Below are positions 63,713 through 64,000 of a stretch of DNA of 64,000 nucleotides, piece by piece. The stretch covers positions 109,430,001 to 109,494,000 of the forward strand of contig NC_043003.1 of assembly GCF_006345805.1 (NCBI RefSeq). Reading direction: 5' to 3'. The notes beneath the pieces are model-generated. The model saw nothing but the letters and a program-made list of their open reading frames with translations. It was not told the origin of the DNA and made no database searches. Position numbers and translations under genes: made by a program. The first letter of the stretch is position 1; each line of letters opens with the position of its first letter. This DNA is from Octopus sinensis. Lineage: Eukaryota.

Positions 63713-64000
63713 GTTTAGGAGAACAAAAGAACATAATAATTCACTTCATGAGTATTAAATAACTTCTTCTTTTTTATCATTAAACAAGCAGAAAGTTACA
63801 AAAGTGACCCAAAGGTCAAAAGCACAAGACTTTCTGCCAATTAAAAAACAATAATAATAACATATATATATATATTCATGTGTGTGTGCGTGCGTGCGTT
63901 TGTGTATGCTGTTAGTCTATGAATCTGTTATTGTAGATGCAAAGGGTTTATTCCTTAATGGCCTCTGCAAATTATCTCCTACAAACAACAAAACTAATGA

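Overview
AT-rich, microsatellite-dense metazoan genomic DNA. The repeat content suggests an octopus or other coleoid cephalopod, but this is inferred rather than proven. One host gene is recognisable: the 3' six coding exons of TRDMT1/DNMT2 on the minus strand (57601 to 38489, all GT-AG, phases consistent; the 5' exons were not found). The rest is transposon-derived: tRNA-headed SINEs, 5'-truncated RTE, CR1-like and RLE-type LINE pieces, mariner, hAT and piggyBac-like elements, a Penelope GIY-YIG fragment, and a 2.4-kb 26-bp minisatellite grown inside an RTE 3' UTR. The unexplained signal is about 12 type I hammerhead ribozyme-like motifs from several unrelated short repeat families, most lying in (TA)n arrays and all with palindromic or near-palindromic stem III. 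They include a young 545-nt tandem, two-hammerhead, retrozyme-like insertion at 31.0-32.0 kb and a core-perfect hammerhead in sense orientation inside a TRDMT1 intron at 56.9 kb. A duplicated TRDMT1 exon fragment may act as a poison cassette exon. All RNA folds were done by eye and none is experimentally tested. Nearly all long ORFs in the supplied track are simple-repeat artefacts.
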